NCBI RefSeq assembly: GCF_009914755.1
Contig: NC_060930.1
DNA length: 64,000 nucleotides
Direction: 5' to 3' (one strand)
Origin: the human T2T-CHM13v2.0 reference genome, Homo sapiens
The position numbers and the translations under genes were made by a program. Positions 12,461 to 30,285 of the stretch are shown here, in pieces (position 1 is the stretch's first letter; every line of letters begins with the position of its first letter). Under the pieces are notes generated by a model. It was not told the origin of the DNA, made no database searches, and was given only the letters and a program-made list of their open reading frames with translations.

Positions 12461-13950
12461 TTTCTTGGGCTATTTGCTTTATTAATGCCTTTCTTCCAAT
12501 CATCACTTAAACAAAGACAAGTGAAAAGAAGTCTGACTTTAGCTGACAATGGCAGAAATCATCACTCTGCTGAATAACTAACATAAACATCAACTTCCTA
12601 CATTAGCACTTCAGGACATCAGCTCAAATAGCTCCATCCCTTCTTTCCCTGCTATTGTGTCCCTTATTAGAGTAATAAACTGAAGCTCATATCTCCTCTC
12701 TGATTATGTTGTAAACTTTATTAGCATTTCTGGCCTTTAATGCCTTTGCAAAGGAAAAGATGGTGGTTAGACTCTGTGTGGGTGTGTGGGTGGGTGAGTG
12801 TGGGTATGAGAGGGTGGGTGTATAGAGCTCATTTGTTTGTTGTTTTAAAAATTTAACATCTGAGTTAGGGAGAATAATGAATTGGTAAGCCACTGGTTTC
12901 CTAGAATAAGACTGTTTCTTTCCAGAGAAGAGTAAACTGGCCCTTTTCGATTTTGTTCTAGCAACACAGTAACCATGGATCTGTGAACCTAATAGCTAAA
13001 TTGTGGTAATCACAGAACACCTTTCTAAAATACACTTTGATATAATCCATTTGTCCACCAACAGCTTACCACAGGTAAATAGATGTTATTTTTCTTGCCA
13101 GTGATTATGCTGCTTGTATGTCTAATGTGAACGATGGGCTGGACATAGCAAAAATATTTTTGTTTGCTTTTATTGTAATTTTTGTTTTCTTACTTTCTGG
13201 TAAACTCTGGACATAGTTTTTTTGTTAGGAGTTTGTGCTTTAATTTTTTTCTTCTACAGATTAACATGAAGGTGATTATTACCATAGAATTATTTACCAA
13301 AACACTTATTATAATATAGATAAGGCCCTACTGAGCTTGTTCCTGAAAAGGCTTATGTTATGAATAAAATGTTAATTGTTATATACAGTCATTTCTATGG
13401 AATCTGGGATGTTTTCAGGTTGTAGGTCCCGATAAAATTAAATATATCTACCTTATATTAAGTAAATAGTTACCAATAAAATTTTTAAATTGGCATTCAC
13501 CAGTTTCTATTTAGAATGGTTTGTACATGAAAAAAAAATGATCAACTATTTTAAAAGATAGGATATGCAATTTCAGTTTAGCCAGAAAATACTTCTATAG
13601 AAAACAGGGCAACCTGCCACAGTGTCTCAGATTGGGCTTGTCAGAATAGCATCGTATCATGAAATCATGGAATGCTACAGATTGAAATTACTTTGAAGAT
13701 CTTTTAGTCTGCTTTTATATGTACAGTGGTGTGAATTTGCTCCATGACCCTTGAACATAAGAAAAAATAATGTTTCTTAACTTTTCTGAGTCAAATCAAA
13801 TCTTGCTAGGCCCTCACCTCTTAGGATTGTTGAAAATCTGTTCTTCCTCATTTGGAAAGGTGGGCCTTTCCTTGAGCCCTGTAAAAACCCAGGGTCATAC
13901 ACAGTGTAGAGAACTCTGGGAGTGATCTTCTGGCCTGCTATCAAGGTCCC

Positions 13951-14371
13951 TGGGATGTTTAATTTGTCACTTCAGCTAGGCTATGGTGTCCAGTTGTTCA
14001 GCCAAGCACCAGTGTAGATATTGCTGGGAAGATATTTTTTAGATATTAGCATTTATCAGTAGACTGAATATAACAAATTGCTCCTCAGAATATAGGGAGG
14101 CCTCATCTAATTGAAGGCCTTAATTGCAAAAGCTGAGGCTTCCCAAAGAAGCAATTCTGCCTCAAGACTGCAACATAGAAATTCCGCCTGAGTTTCCAGC
14201 CTTCAGGTTGCAGACTCAAGATTGCAATACCAACTCTTCCATAAATTTCCAGGCAGTGGGCCTGCTCTCCAAATTTCAAACTTACCAGCCCCCTACAATC
14301 ATGTGAGCTAATTCCTTAAAATAAATCTCTCTGCTTTGGTTCTGCTTCTCTGGGGAACCCTGATTAATACA
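13951..14371 (+). mobile_element. MLT2 (MLT2C/D-like, ERVL) solo LTR
   Basis: TG...CA ends, gaagcaattctgcctcaagactgc, aataaatctct, ctgattaataca; 5-bp TSD gtccc/ttccc. Confidence 0.85.
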
Positions 14372-16154
14372 TTCCCTTTTGAGCTCTTCACTGGCCACGT
14401 GTTGCATTCAAAGTTGGACCACTCTGCTGCTCTCAACATCCTCACCCTCTTTGGTAAGTCCTTGCCCCTGTGATGCTTGCTTTGGTCGTCAAAGCAGCAG
14501 CCCTTAAGGTTCAGTCCCAGGACTCCACATGCTGCCTCGCCAGAGGTCCTGCTCCATCCTGAGGCCATGTGATGGCAGAGTTCTAATTTGTGTCACTTTG
14601 GGGTCTCACTACTTTTCTACCTTCTCAGGCTCTGAGAATCCAGCTCTTCCCCAAGGTTGAGTCATGCCCCAACCAACACCTTCATATCCAAGCATTAGAA
14701 TCTATCCTTTTCCACCGACCTCAACTCTGACACCTTAGGCAGAACCAACTACCTCTCAACAAAGACCTGAGTGAGGATATATTCAAGAAGGATTTTAAAA
14801 TACACACAAAGCTGTTTCTTTCTCTTTGGGCAACAAACCCAGAACACAAAAGCTTGACATTATGTACTAGGAAATTTACTCTTTTATTCCTTTGATTATT
14901 CTATATCAGTAAGAACAGACACGAACTAATTTTCGTTAAACTATCTTGCTTTGAATGTAAGGAGCCAAGACCCAGAAAAGTTAAGTGGCTTCCTCAAGTT
15001 TCCCAGAACACTCCTTTAAGATGAATAAGATGCTATCTGATGCCCTATCCCTCCCACTTCCCACTCCTTCACCTTACATCTGGCTATAAGCGACTGCATG
15101 TTTCTGCAAGTTCATGGAGGAACCAGTGTTGAAACTGCTTTGCTACTTCGGTTTGAAATGGCAGGTTGGAAATTGATGCATCACAGTTTCTGGGGCTGTT
15201 GGCTGCCAGAGCCTCCCCATATTATTCAGCCACAGGCTTTGGAGGGAAGAGGGACCCTTCTGAAATATGCAACTTAGTGCAAGCTTGAAATTCAGTGGGC
15301 GCCACTTGGCATTCATGATTAGAAAGTTCTAAAAAGCATTACATGAAGTATAACTGCTTTATCCCTCCTTTTGATAAGTAATCCTCTCTGTTTTTGTTTT
15401 TGTTTTTTAGTTTACCAGCTCAGTAGAGGAATGATGCAAAATGGGGCTTTGGGCTGCGGCATTATAACTTGGGTTCTTCCTATCGATCTCACAGGCTCAT
15501 TATGTAAGCTTATTTCTTCTGCTGATACAGGAGCAAAAAAGGCTGACTTGTGACATTTTTGCAGTTGCACTCAGTTGTCTAAATATACTCAGACATTCAA
15601 CAGTACATGAGTAGCCAGCCATTTGGTTTTGCAGCCAAGAAGGCTGTGGCTGAGGATTGCCTGAGAAAATATCTGCTTTTGATCAAAATAAAATTCAAAC
15701 CGTAAACCAATATATATATTTCATTGCCTATAATAATCTTTGTCCCTTAGGGTCATAATAAAACTGTCAGCTTTATGTGTCACTGGATCTCACTCACTTC
15801 TCCCTTTCCCTCACTTTTGCTCTCATTATTCACCTACTTTGTAGCTAATGATTTCTAAATTCTGGTTGGTTTTTTTAGAGATCTGCTTTCTGTAGAGGTT
15901 GTCGTATGATGTCCTTGAATTTTTTTATGTTTAATTCTAAGAGAGTGGCATAAGTTCATCAGGCATGAGGACATAGAGTGTGAAATCAGAATATGTCCCC
16001 TTGTCATGGCACCATGAAATACATCTGCCAGGAGCAGAAGTCTCAAGATTTCCCCAAAATCTACTTCTGCCAGATTAGCACCTGTGACCACTGCCTTGTG
16101 GCCACACATTGCAAGTATTATAAAAAGCACATTGTACAAAATTAAAACAAAGCT

Positions 16155-16350
16155 CAAATCCTAGCTCTACTGATTGCAGTCTGTTTATAAGTAGTGTGTA
16201 AGTTACTTTTCCTCTATGCCTCAGTTGCCTCATGCATAAAATTGGAGATTTAAAACAAAAAATTTACATCACAGAGTTGCTAAGAGGCTTTGGTGAATTA
16301 GTGCATGTAAAGCCTGCAGAATGGTACTTGGCACATTGTAAGCACTGAAT
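16155..16350 (+). mobile_element. MIR
   Basis: caaatcctagctctac ... gcctcagttgcctcatgcataaaattggag ... ggcacattgtaagcact. Confidence 0.8.
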
Positions 16351-16358
16351 TAGGGTTA

Positions 16359-17065
16359 CAGCAGTCCCTGCTTATTTAGGGGGAAATGTTCCAGGACCCT
16401 TAATTGATGCCAAAACTGTGGATAACACTGAACTCTATGTATCCTGTGGTTTTTACTGTTCATACCTATGATAAGTTTTAATTTATAAATTAGGCACAGT
16501 AAGACATTAACAACAATAACTAATGATAAAATAAAACAATTATAACAATATCTTGTTGACATGGTTTTTCTGTGTCCCCACCCAAATCTCATCTTGAATT
16601 GTAGCTCCCATAATTCCCACACATTGTGGGAAGGACCAGTGGGAGGTAATTGAAACATAGGGGTGGGTCTTTCCCATGCTGTTCTTGTGATAGTGAATAC
16701 GTCTCAAGAGATCTGATGGTTTTATAAAGGGGAGTTCTCCTGCACAAGCTCTATTGCCTGCTGCCATATAAGACATGCCTTTGCTCTTCCTTTGCCTTTC
16801 ACCGTAATTGTGAGGCCTCCCCAGCCACGTGGAACTGCGAGTCAATTAAACCTGTTTTGTTTATGAATTACCCAGTCTCCGGTATGTCTTTATGAGCAGC
16901 ATGAGAACAGACTAATACAACTGTAATTAAAGTCACATGAATGTGGTCTCTCTCTCTCTATCTCAAAATCTCTTATTGTACTGTACTCACCTATTTTCGG
17001 ACCATGGTTGACCTTGGGTGACTGAAACCATGGAAAGAGAAACTGTGTATAAGCAAAGACTATTG
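16359..17065 (+). mobile_element. MER44A (Tigger-family MITE) interrupted by a THE1 LTR
   Basis: TA-flanked ends cagcagtccc.../...gactattg; internal ttaatttataaattaggcacagtaaga; resumes at 16920. Confidence 0.85.
16557..16919 (+). mobile_element. THE1B/THE1C solo LTR (MaLR)
   Basis: tgacatggttt..tgtgtccccacccaaatctcatcttgaattgtagctccc ... gagaacagactaataca; TSD cttgt/actgt. Confidence 0.92.
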
Positions 17066-17569
17066 TAGTTATTATTAACCAGATTTTTGAGAGACTTTTG
17101 TTCTGTTTTACTGAAGACTAAAATAGAGTTTACAAGAAAAAAAGTGTATGTATTATATTTGGCTCTGTTATGAACACTGATCTAGAACATAGTAATATTC
17201 CTTTGGTTTCCTTTGGATAAAAGCTGTATGCTTATTCTAAAAAAGTCTTTGCTTTCAGGCAGGAGTATTTGAGATTCACCCTCAACAAGTGGTTTTTGAG
17301 ATCACTGTAGCTTCAAAAATTCTTCAGATGATTGTCTAGATTCACAACCATTTCCTTATGGTTTGGAAAGAAAACAGAGAGGAGATAAAAGTAATAAGCT
17401 TGGCTTAAGATGTAGAAGGTTTAAATTCTAGGCTTTCTTTGGCTGCGTAAAAGAAAGTCTCTGAGATTTAGTTTCCTCATCTGAAAATTGAAGGTGTCCC
17501 TGCAAAGAAGCTATTTAGGAAACAATTCTGTTGGAGCACTAATTTATAACATACAATTTTAAGTTCTAG

Positions 17570-19660
<2,091 letters not shown>

Positions 19661-20947
19661 ACAGCATCTGAGCGTGAGTGTGGTGGCAGGGCTGTCTCAG
19701 TTTGAAATTGTGTGCTGCCTTCTGAGATGTAAGCAAGTCTGGGCAGGCCTAAATAACTGGTAGGTGGCCTTCCGGGCTTTTCTCAGTTTGCTTGGGGGAA
19801 TGAAGGAACCTCCTAGAAAATAACTCATTCTAAGCAAAAAGGGAGTTGTAGAAAACAGTGTGACTGTAAGACTAGGCCCTGGGATGAGAGACTACCCTAA
19901 TTCTAGTCCAGGGGTGTCTGAATCCTGCATCTGCCTGGGCTCAACCTCTGGGATCTAGGATAGGAGCTGGTCTTGGGAGACAGAGGACGGTATGCAAAGG
20001 CAGGAAGAGCTGCTTAAACCAAAAGCCTTGCAACACATCAGAGCACCACCGTGTTTTGGTGTGCCACAGCGGAATGTAACACAGATGTGAAGGAGGGCTT
20101 TCTTTGCTGCCTTTCTGTTGGCCTGTGCCCAGCTTGGAACCTTGAACGCTTCAGTGTGTGAGGGCCATTCTTGATTGTAAAAAGCAGCCAGGGGCCTGCC
20201 ATGTGGGATCCGCCTGGGCTAGTGCCTGGGCACCTGTACATTACTCTCTAGAAACCACAGAAACATGTTGGGAGCAGGGCAAGATTTTCCAGGGGACTAA
20301 GGTCCTGCATTTTTACAAGCCAGTAAAACAGAGGTGACACTATCGAAGTGACCCTGTGTTTAACTCCAGATGGGATGACTTGAAGAAACTCACATTACAC
20401 ATATATGTATATATGTCCAGAAAATGACCAAAGAAAATAAATCAGAATGTTATTTGTTCTTATTATAGGTGATTTTAGTTTTTCTCATTTCTGTGTGGGT
20501 TGTGATGGTATCAGTTTAAGATTAAATATCTCTACCACTGAGATCCAGATATGACGGAGCATTCCTGAAAACCTTCTGGTGAGTGTTCTATGATCACTAT
20601 GGTGAAAGCCCCAGGTTTCTGGCTCACTGAAGGCCTGAGGATTACTCTAAGATATTTTACTCTGAAGAAAAAGAAAGCAGATTTGATGTTTATTACTACT
20701 GTTATTAGGAAAATATTGAATATGCTATCTCCATTCCCTTTTAGGTCAAATATTCTATATTATTTTATAATTCTGTGAAAATGTTTATAGGTCCATAATT
20801 AAATATCTTAGACTCATCTAGGAATATGAATGTATAATAAATAACTCCTGTTGTACAGGTTGCGTTTGGCTCACAAAATTCTCTTTATCTCCTAGTAGAA
20901 TTCACTAAAATAGTCACGGAGACCATTGATTTAAGTACATTCTTAGG

Positions 20948-21120
20948 GGCTGGGTGTGGTGATTCAGACCCATTATCCCAGGGATTTAGGAGGCCAAGTA
21001 AGAAGGTATGCTGCCCAGGAGTTTGAGGCTGTAGTGAGCTATGATCACACCACTGCACTCCAGCCTGGGTGACAGAGTGAGACCCTGACTCTAAAAACTA
21101 AATAAATAATAATAAGTAAA
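20948..21120 (+). mobile_element. Free Alu monomer (FRAM/FAM-like)
   Basis: Single arm ggctgggtgtggtg ... gaggctgtagtgagctatgatcacaccactgcactccagcctggg plus A-rich tail. Confidence 0.85.
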
Positions 21121-22279
21121 ATATTAACATAAGAGATCCAACAGCTAGAAATATCTATAACAATAAAAAACAATAAAATAATTTACTTAAATTGTTTCTA
21201 TTTCTGCCAGTCTTTTCAATCCCTCACATATCTGGAAGTGGCTCTGTCTTTATTTTAGCTATTAGTGTATTAAACTGTTTTGGATTTCTCAGTGAAGCTG
21301 AAATATGAAAATGATGCTTTTGCATATATCAGGGAACCATGTCTGACACAACAGCAGTTTCATGTGATATAAGATAAATGCATTAAGGTTTCAAGGGGAG
21401 GAGAAGGGAAAGATGGATCTTCTGAGTTACAAAATTTGACAAAGACAATTTGAATGGGATACTAATAACTTGTATTTTAAAGCTGTCAAAGTCCTGCATT
21501 TACTATATATAAAGTACTCACAGTCTTTGTCTAGAAGAGTACCACATTAAGAATATTGTTTTTAGTTAAGATTTTGAGCTTTTAGAATATCTGTTGATTA
21601 TGGAAGAACCAGCCTTTTGATTAAGATTATTCCTACATTGTTCCCATATTTTTCCATCAGCATTCATAGTTCGTTATTAATATGGTGATCATGTTTGTTT
21701 GGGTGAATGGCCTTTATCATATTTCAGTAATTTCCTTTGTTTTCTACTTTACATTTAGCATTAAGAGAATTTTTTATCACAACACTTTTGGTATCTATGA
21801 TATATTCATGGCTCTTCTCCTTTAGTTTATTGATGTAGTCATTAGACTGAAAGAATTGCTAGTTTTGAATCATTCACACATTCCTGGAACCACGTACCTG
21901 ATTGTGTAGCCTTCTTTTGATGTACTGCTGTTCTATTTGTTAATAATTTATTTAGAAAATTTGCATATATATCTGTTAGTAAATTTGGCCTACATAGCTT
22001 TTGTTCTTGTTGCTCTACTAGCTGTATTGGATGTTGGTATTAAGGCTATATTGATTTTATAAAATGAGCTAGGGAGATTTCCTTTCCACCCCTATGAGTT
22101 GGCATCATTAAAATAAGTATTATCTATTCTTCCAACATCACTATCAGTTTAAAATCAATATGGGCCTGATGCTTTTTAAATGGTTAAGTTTTGTCATCTT
22201 TCCAAATGCTTATAAAGGTTTTGTTTTTGTTTTTGTTTTTTAGTCAAGTTTCTTTTTCTTTGTGGTCAAATGCTGTAGA

Positions 22280-22632
22280 TGCATTAGTCCGGATGGGTTA
22301 TGCTAAGCTGAAGTAACAAAACATGCAATCTCAGAAGCTTAACACAGTAAAAATTTATTTCTAGTTCACATCACAGTCTGAGATGGGTCGTCAAAGAGCC
22401 ATCCTTCAACTTATAGCTATGCTATCCGGAATATTCTAAAATCATCATTAAAAAGGGCTAAAGGGATGAGCAGGCTATGTTTAGGTCCTAGGCCCTGAAA
22501 GTGCCCTGTATCACTTGTATATTCTCACATCTTTCACCAGATCCCTTCCTCATGGTCTTAGCCTAATAATGAGGCGCCTCAGTGCCTGTAAGAAGAAAGA
22601 GTGAGAAAATGAAATAGCATCTCTCTACCATA
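22280..22632 (-). mobile_element. MLT1J-like solo LTR
   Basis: cattagtccggatgggttatgc...aatctcagaagcttaacacag...tttatttc ... ctctctaccata. Confidence 0.7.
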
Positions 22633-22696
22633 TAAGTTATATTTTGCCAGGAAATTATCTAGTTCCCCTAGATTTTAAAATTCATTGCCATATAAT

Positions 22697-24708
22697 TGAT
22701 GACAGTGGTGGGCCATCTGGAGCAGCGGCTGCCATCATGCCAGCTGCAGGGGGGAGGCGTGAGTGGTGGCAGCAGGAATGGCTGTGGGAGCAGCGGTGGT
22801 GGTGGTGGGTCCCCTGTGCCCTGTATCCCAAGGCAGCCAACTGCACCACCCCCACCCTTGCATGATTGGGCAGGGCCAGCTCCTAGGTCCAGAGCCTCTA
22901 CCGCAGCCTCAACCTCACTCCTCCACTGTGTCCCAGGGGCCCGCAGCACCTTGCTGAAGGCGAAGCTGGGGCCCGCGGGGCCCACCCTGGGAGCATGAGG
23001 TGGTTTCTTTGTACAAGGTTGGCCAGGGATGCCATCCTGGGAGCTGCTGCAATGGGGCTGGGCTGAGTTGCCCACCAGCAGTGGAGCAGTGCAGTCGGGC
23101 ATGGGGGTGCAGGCAGAGAGGGTCCCTGAGGTGAAGCTGGGCCCAGGGCGATGCTGTGCTCCATGGAGCTGGTGGGAGTGAGGAGGAGGTAGGAGGCCCC
23201 CTCCTGGCATGGCTGTAGCCACCCAGGTTGCGGCTGTGGACCTAGGCATCTCTGCACTGTCAGGTGGCCCCGGGAAGGTACTCCCTTGCCCCTGAAGGCT
23301 CAGAAGTATCTGTTCCTGCTGCCTGGCCTCTCCTCACTGTCAGTGCCCACTCAGATCATGGAGCAAATTTGAGGCCAATCCCGGGTGCCGTGGCAACCTG
23401 GTCGGATGTGTGCACACTGGGAGCAGCACTGACATACCAGGCACCAGCCACCTCGGCCCCCTCCAGACTTTGCGCACCAGTGAGCACAGGAGAGAGGCCA
23501 AGGGGGTGCTGAAGGCAGCTTGATTCTGGCTTGCAGGCACCCCTTGGCACAAACAGCCTGGGCACCATGAAGAGCAGCAGGAGGCAGACAGGGGCAGAAG
23601 GAGCAGGTCCCTGGTGAAGCCCCACCTTCAAACCAGGGAAGACCTGAAGCCTCGGGGCTAGGCTTCTGGTCCCGTGGGGACCAGAGTGGGAAACTGTGGT
23701 GCCTTTTCTGGGCCCGCCCTTGGATGCCCATGGACCAATTGGTGCACACTTCCTCCCCTCTGAGGCCCATAAAAGTCCTAGACTCGGCCAGACTCAAGAA
23801 GGCAATGGGAGGACCAGCTGCAGAGAGGAACTGCCCACCTCAGGGTCTCCTCTCTGCTGAGAGCTGAGGAGATGACAGAATGACCAGCTGCAGATGGGAG
23901 CTACCCTCTCTGCTAAGAGCTGGATACTCATTGGGAGGAACTGCCTAGCAGAGAGGAGCTACCCCCTCTGCTGAGAGCTGAACACTCATGGGGGCACCTT
24001 GGCTATGGAGAGGAGCGGGTCTCCTCTGAGCTGTTCTATTCTCAGTAAAGCTCCTCTTTGTCTTGCTCACCCTCCAGTTGTCTATGTACCTCATTCTTCC
24101 CTGATGCAGGACAAGAATTTGGGACCCATTCAGCAGGGCTAAAAGAGCTGCAACACAAACAAGGCTGAGAGACTCCCCTTGCCTGCCACGTTGCGGGTGT
24201 CAAGGAGAGAAGAGACAAGGAGGGAAGAGCTGTGGCCCTTCAGGTATCCCAGACCTAGGAGCTCCTGGAGCCAGGGCTGTGAAACCCTCTTTAGGGCTCT
24301 GCGGTTCCTGGCGTCTCCAAGCTTCCGGGTGCCACAATCACATTCCCCAGTGTCAGCTGTGGAAGCTGATTTATGGTACTCCTGGTCCAGCTGCAGCCTC
24401 CCCGGGAGCTGGTGCCCAGGCCAGCACCTGGAGCTGCCCACACCACCGCAGCCAGTGTGCCTGGCTGTGCACAGTGGCCGGACCCCACACTCGCTCACGC
24501 ACCCCCTCACCTCTCAGTGCCTGGCTTGCCCTTGGCAGGTGTGGGATCCAGGCCGGTAGTGGGGTCTAGGCCAGTAGCAGGAGCCAAGGGCAGGCTGCCA
24601 GGCCGAGTGGGCGGAATGAGTTCAGCAGGCCAGAGCAAAACTCAGTCAAAGGTGCACCCACCGGCCATAGAGGTTTCAGGCTGGCAGAGTGACACCGCGA
24701 AGATCCCA
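22697..24708 (+). mobile_element. MER52 (MER52D-sized, ERV1) long GC-rich solo LTR
   Basis: Starts tgatgacagtggtgggccatctggagcagcggctgcc; internal gctgcagagaggaactgccc repeats; agtaaagctcctc; ends ggccatagaggtttcaggctggcagagtgacacc...gatccc; ~2.0 kb. Confidence 0.85.
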
Positions 24709-24972
24709 GAATTGTGTATAATGTATAATCATTTTAATTGTATCCCTATCTCAAATTATATCTTCTTTGTCATTCTTAATTTTGTATAGTTTTTTTCTCT
24801 TTTTTCCCCTTATCTGGCTTACCTGACATCTGTCTATTGGTCTTTGTACTATTCCAAATAAATGAATTAGTGGCGATAAGCAAAAGAAAGTTCCTGCTCC
24901 CATAAAATTTTTATCCTCCTGCTTTTGTTCAATCTATTTTGTTGTTTCTTATATAAATCAGATGACTTTTAA

Positions 24973-25267
<295 letters not shown>

Positions 25268-25948
25268 TTAAATTTTTTTTTTAATTTTTAATAAAAACTT
25301 TGAATTTTATAAAATTTATTCCAGCCTTAATGTATTCCATAGGTTTTGGTCTTAACAGTTCTCATTTTCTTTCCTTTTTAGATCACTATTTTCCTTTGGT
25401 TTTGATGTTTTGATTTTCTCTTTAATTTAGGATTTTAAAAATAAAATGGCACATTTTCATTTCCAAGGAATTAAATTTTTTGATGATTATATCTTTTTTA
25501 TGTTGAATTATTATCAGATAATGTGGCCTGTAAAGTTTCTACTTTTTAGAATTGATTTAATGTTTTCTTTGTGGCCAAGAACACGATTGATTCTTCTAAT
25601 GTTCCACAGATTTCAGTACAGAATATATGTTCTCTGATGGAAGACATAGTTTTATACACCTTGTAGATTGTACTATTAAAATAATCTATGTTCTTATTTA
25701 TTATTTATCTACTTGATCTATCAAATTCTAGAAAAAGTATATTAAATTATTTCACTATATTTCTTTAAAGATCTAGCTGCACTTATAGAACCTTTGTACG
25801 TATTTGATGACTACACTATTTTGTGCATTAAATTTTATGCGTAATCTATGGAAAAAAACTTTCTTGAGTCTAGGTGAACTGCATCTCTCACCATTAAACA
25901 ATGCCTCTCTCAGTTCTGTTTAATGTTTTTGGCCTTGTTGCTTATTGA

Positions 25949-27301
<1,353 letters not shown>

Positions 27302-28582
27302 TGTATCTTTGCTCACGTATTCATTTTCAATGATTCTTTGCTACTTTATTTTAGATGAGTGTCATTTCAAAATCATTTTGTGGTTTGGCTGGGTTAAAAA
27401 ATGTAGTGAGAACTGATATACTCTATTTTATTCCTTCCATTATATTATATGTTTTCTTTATTTTTATTATGCTGTTGCTGTGTTTTCTCCCATTATTACT
27501 TCTTCTGCTTATGTCAATTTTTCCTTCGTTGCTTTTTCAAATTTGGTAATTTGAAATTTCTTCTCTCTTTTAAATTCTTCTTGTGGTTAAATCTACAGTT
27601 AAATCTATTCTTATCTATTATAATATCAGAATATAATAACAACTATATTGAATCCTATATATTTTATTTGTTCATGTCTCTTCTCCCCGTACCTGAAAAT
27701 TACAATGTTTTTACTTCTTCACTCTCCTGCATACTCTATTCTTTCTGTCTTGCAGTTTTTTATTCTTAAACTTCAAGAATTTCAATAATACCCAAAGTCT
27801 ATCTGGGCAGTAAGTGGGGACATTCACAGAGCTCACCTCCTTTGGTTCCTTTCTCTCAGTGCTGATTGTTGTTGGACACATGTTGACTAGTTTTCTAGTT
27901 ATTTAATGTGGGAGGGTAAATCTAGTCCTTCTAATTACAACATTGCCAGAAGGGAAAGTTTGTTTGTCTCTTTTTAAAGTAACCTTTTGTAAAATTTGGT
28001 GAGCTCTATTAATTTGTATCCTCAAGTCTCTTGCTACTCAGGGGAATTTCCTCTCATGATTTAATTTTTTCCTTCCAATTTGCCTCCTCTGGAGTTCCAG
28101 AAGGAGCTGCACATGTTGAATTAATCCCTCGTTGGGTCTCCTAGATCCATCCTGCTCTTCTCTTTTTCCTTATTAATTCCACCTCTTGGTATTTTGCTCT
28201 GTGATCTGACATCTTTTCCCTATGGAATTTCTGCACTACTAATTTGCTTCTCAACAGTAAATGTAGCCTTAGGTGAGTTGTTTGCCTGATCTTGGTTTTG
28301 GGTTCCCTCAGCACCCATGCACACCCAGGCTGTTAGGTCTGGGGAGCATCAGGTGGTGTGAGGCAGAGCAGAATCCTTCTGTCCTGGAAAAGCAGCAAAT
28401 GACTTCTTTATAGACTGTGAAAAATAAAGGGCAATGTTCGATGGCTGTCATTTTGGAAGCATTGATTTCTTCCCAAAGTCCCACTGTGTACAGTATTATG
28501 CCATTAATTTCTGTACATCCTTCTATCCCAGATTTCCTCGAATTGTGTTTGGCATTCTGCTTCTGAAGATTCCAGAATCACT

Positions 28583-29360
<778 letters not shown>

Positions 29361-29364
29361 GCAC

Positions 29365-29500
29365 ACATTAGGTCCACCTTTGGAGCTCCACCTAGAGAGA
29401 GTATGATTTAATTGGTCTAGGGTGAGGTCCAGTCATGGATATCTTTTTGAAAACTCCCCAGATGATTCATATGTACAGTTGGGGTTTAGGTCCTATGATG
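29365..29500. mobile_element. MER5A/B fragment (hAT-Charlie)
   Basis: tgatttaattggtctagggtgagg...aactccccagatgattc. Confidence 0.7.
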
Positions 29501-29717
29501 TATGGACTTTTCAGAAAAAGTAAAGCTTTAGATTTTGTTCTCTGGATTAAGTAAGAAAATAGGCTCTGAGTAAAGAACAAATAAATGTCATGTGGGATAA
29601 GTATTGTGAAGAGAAACAAAGCCAGTAATAGGGGTAATGAGGAATGAAAGTGCCAGAGAAGGTTTTATTTTAGGGGAAGTAGTCAGTGGAAGACTATCAA
29701 TTCTAGTGATAAAAATT

Positions 29718-30285
29718 TTCACAGTAGCCGAAAAGTGGAAAAACCCAAATGTCCATCAACAGATGAACATATAAACAAAATGTGGTATATATATCCAATG
29801 GAATATTATTCAGCCTTAAAAAGGAAGGAAATTCTAACATATTACAACACAGATGAATCTTGAAAATATTATGTTAAATGAAATAAACCAGTCATAAAAG
29901 TGCAAATATTGTATGATCCCACTTACATGAGGTGCCTAGAATAATTAAATTCATAGGGACAGAAAGTAGAATAGTAGGACCAGAGGCTGGGGATTGAGGA
30001 ATGGGAGTTATTGTTTAACGGGTACAGTTTCAACTTGGGATTATAAAGAAAATCTGGAAATGGATGATGATGATGGTTGCGCAACAATGTGAATGTGCTT
30101 ACTGCCACTGAACTGCACCCCTAAAAATGGTTAAAATGGTAAATTTTCTTATATCTATTTTACCTGTATATACATTTTATATATATATAATTAACATAGA
30201 GTATATGGGAATTCTTTGTACTTTGTTTTGATTTTGCTATGAACCTAAAATTTTTCTAAAAAACAAAGTCTATTTTTAAAAAAGA
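29718..30285 (+). mobile_element. L1MB 3' end plus short L1MC/MD tail
   Basis: cccaaatgtccatcaacagatgaa...ggaatattattcagccttaaaaagg...gccactgaactg...aaaatggttaaaatggtaaatttt. Confidence 0.88.

Noticed and set aside
15430-15526. C/D-box snoRNA-like ATGATG...CTGA
   Set aside because: The C box is imperfect (ATGATGC) and there is no terminal stem
20469-20584. Strong donor CTG|GTGAGT at 20579
   Set aside because: No convincing matching acceptor or reading frame
22644-24789. Dense overlapping ORFs up to 193 aa
   Set aside because: All lie in the GC-rich MER52 LTR, where stops are rare; low-complexity peptides on both strands
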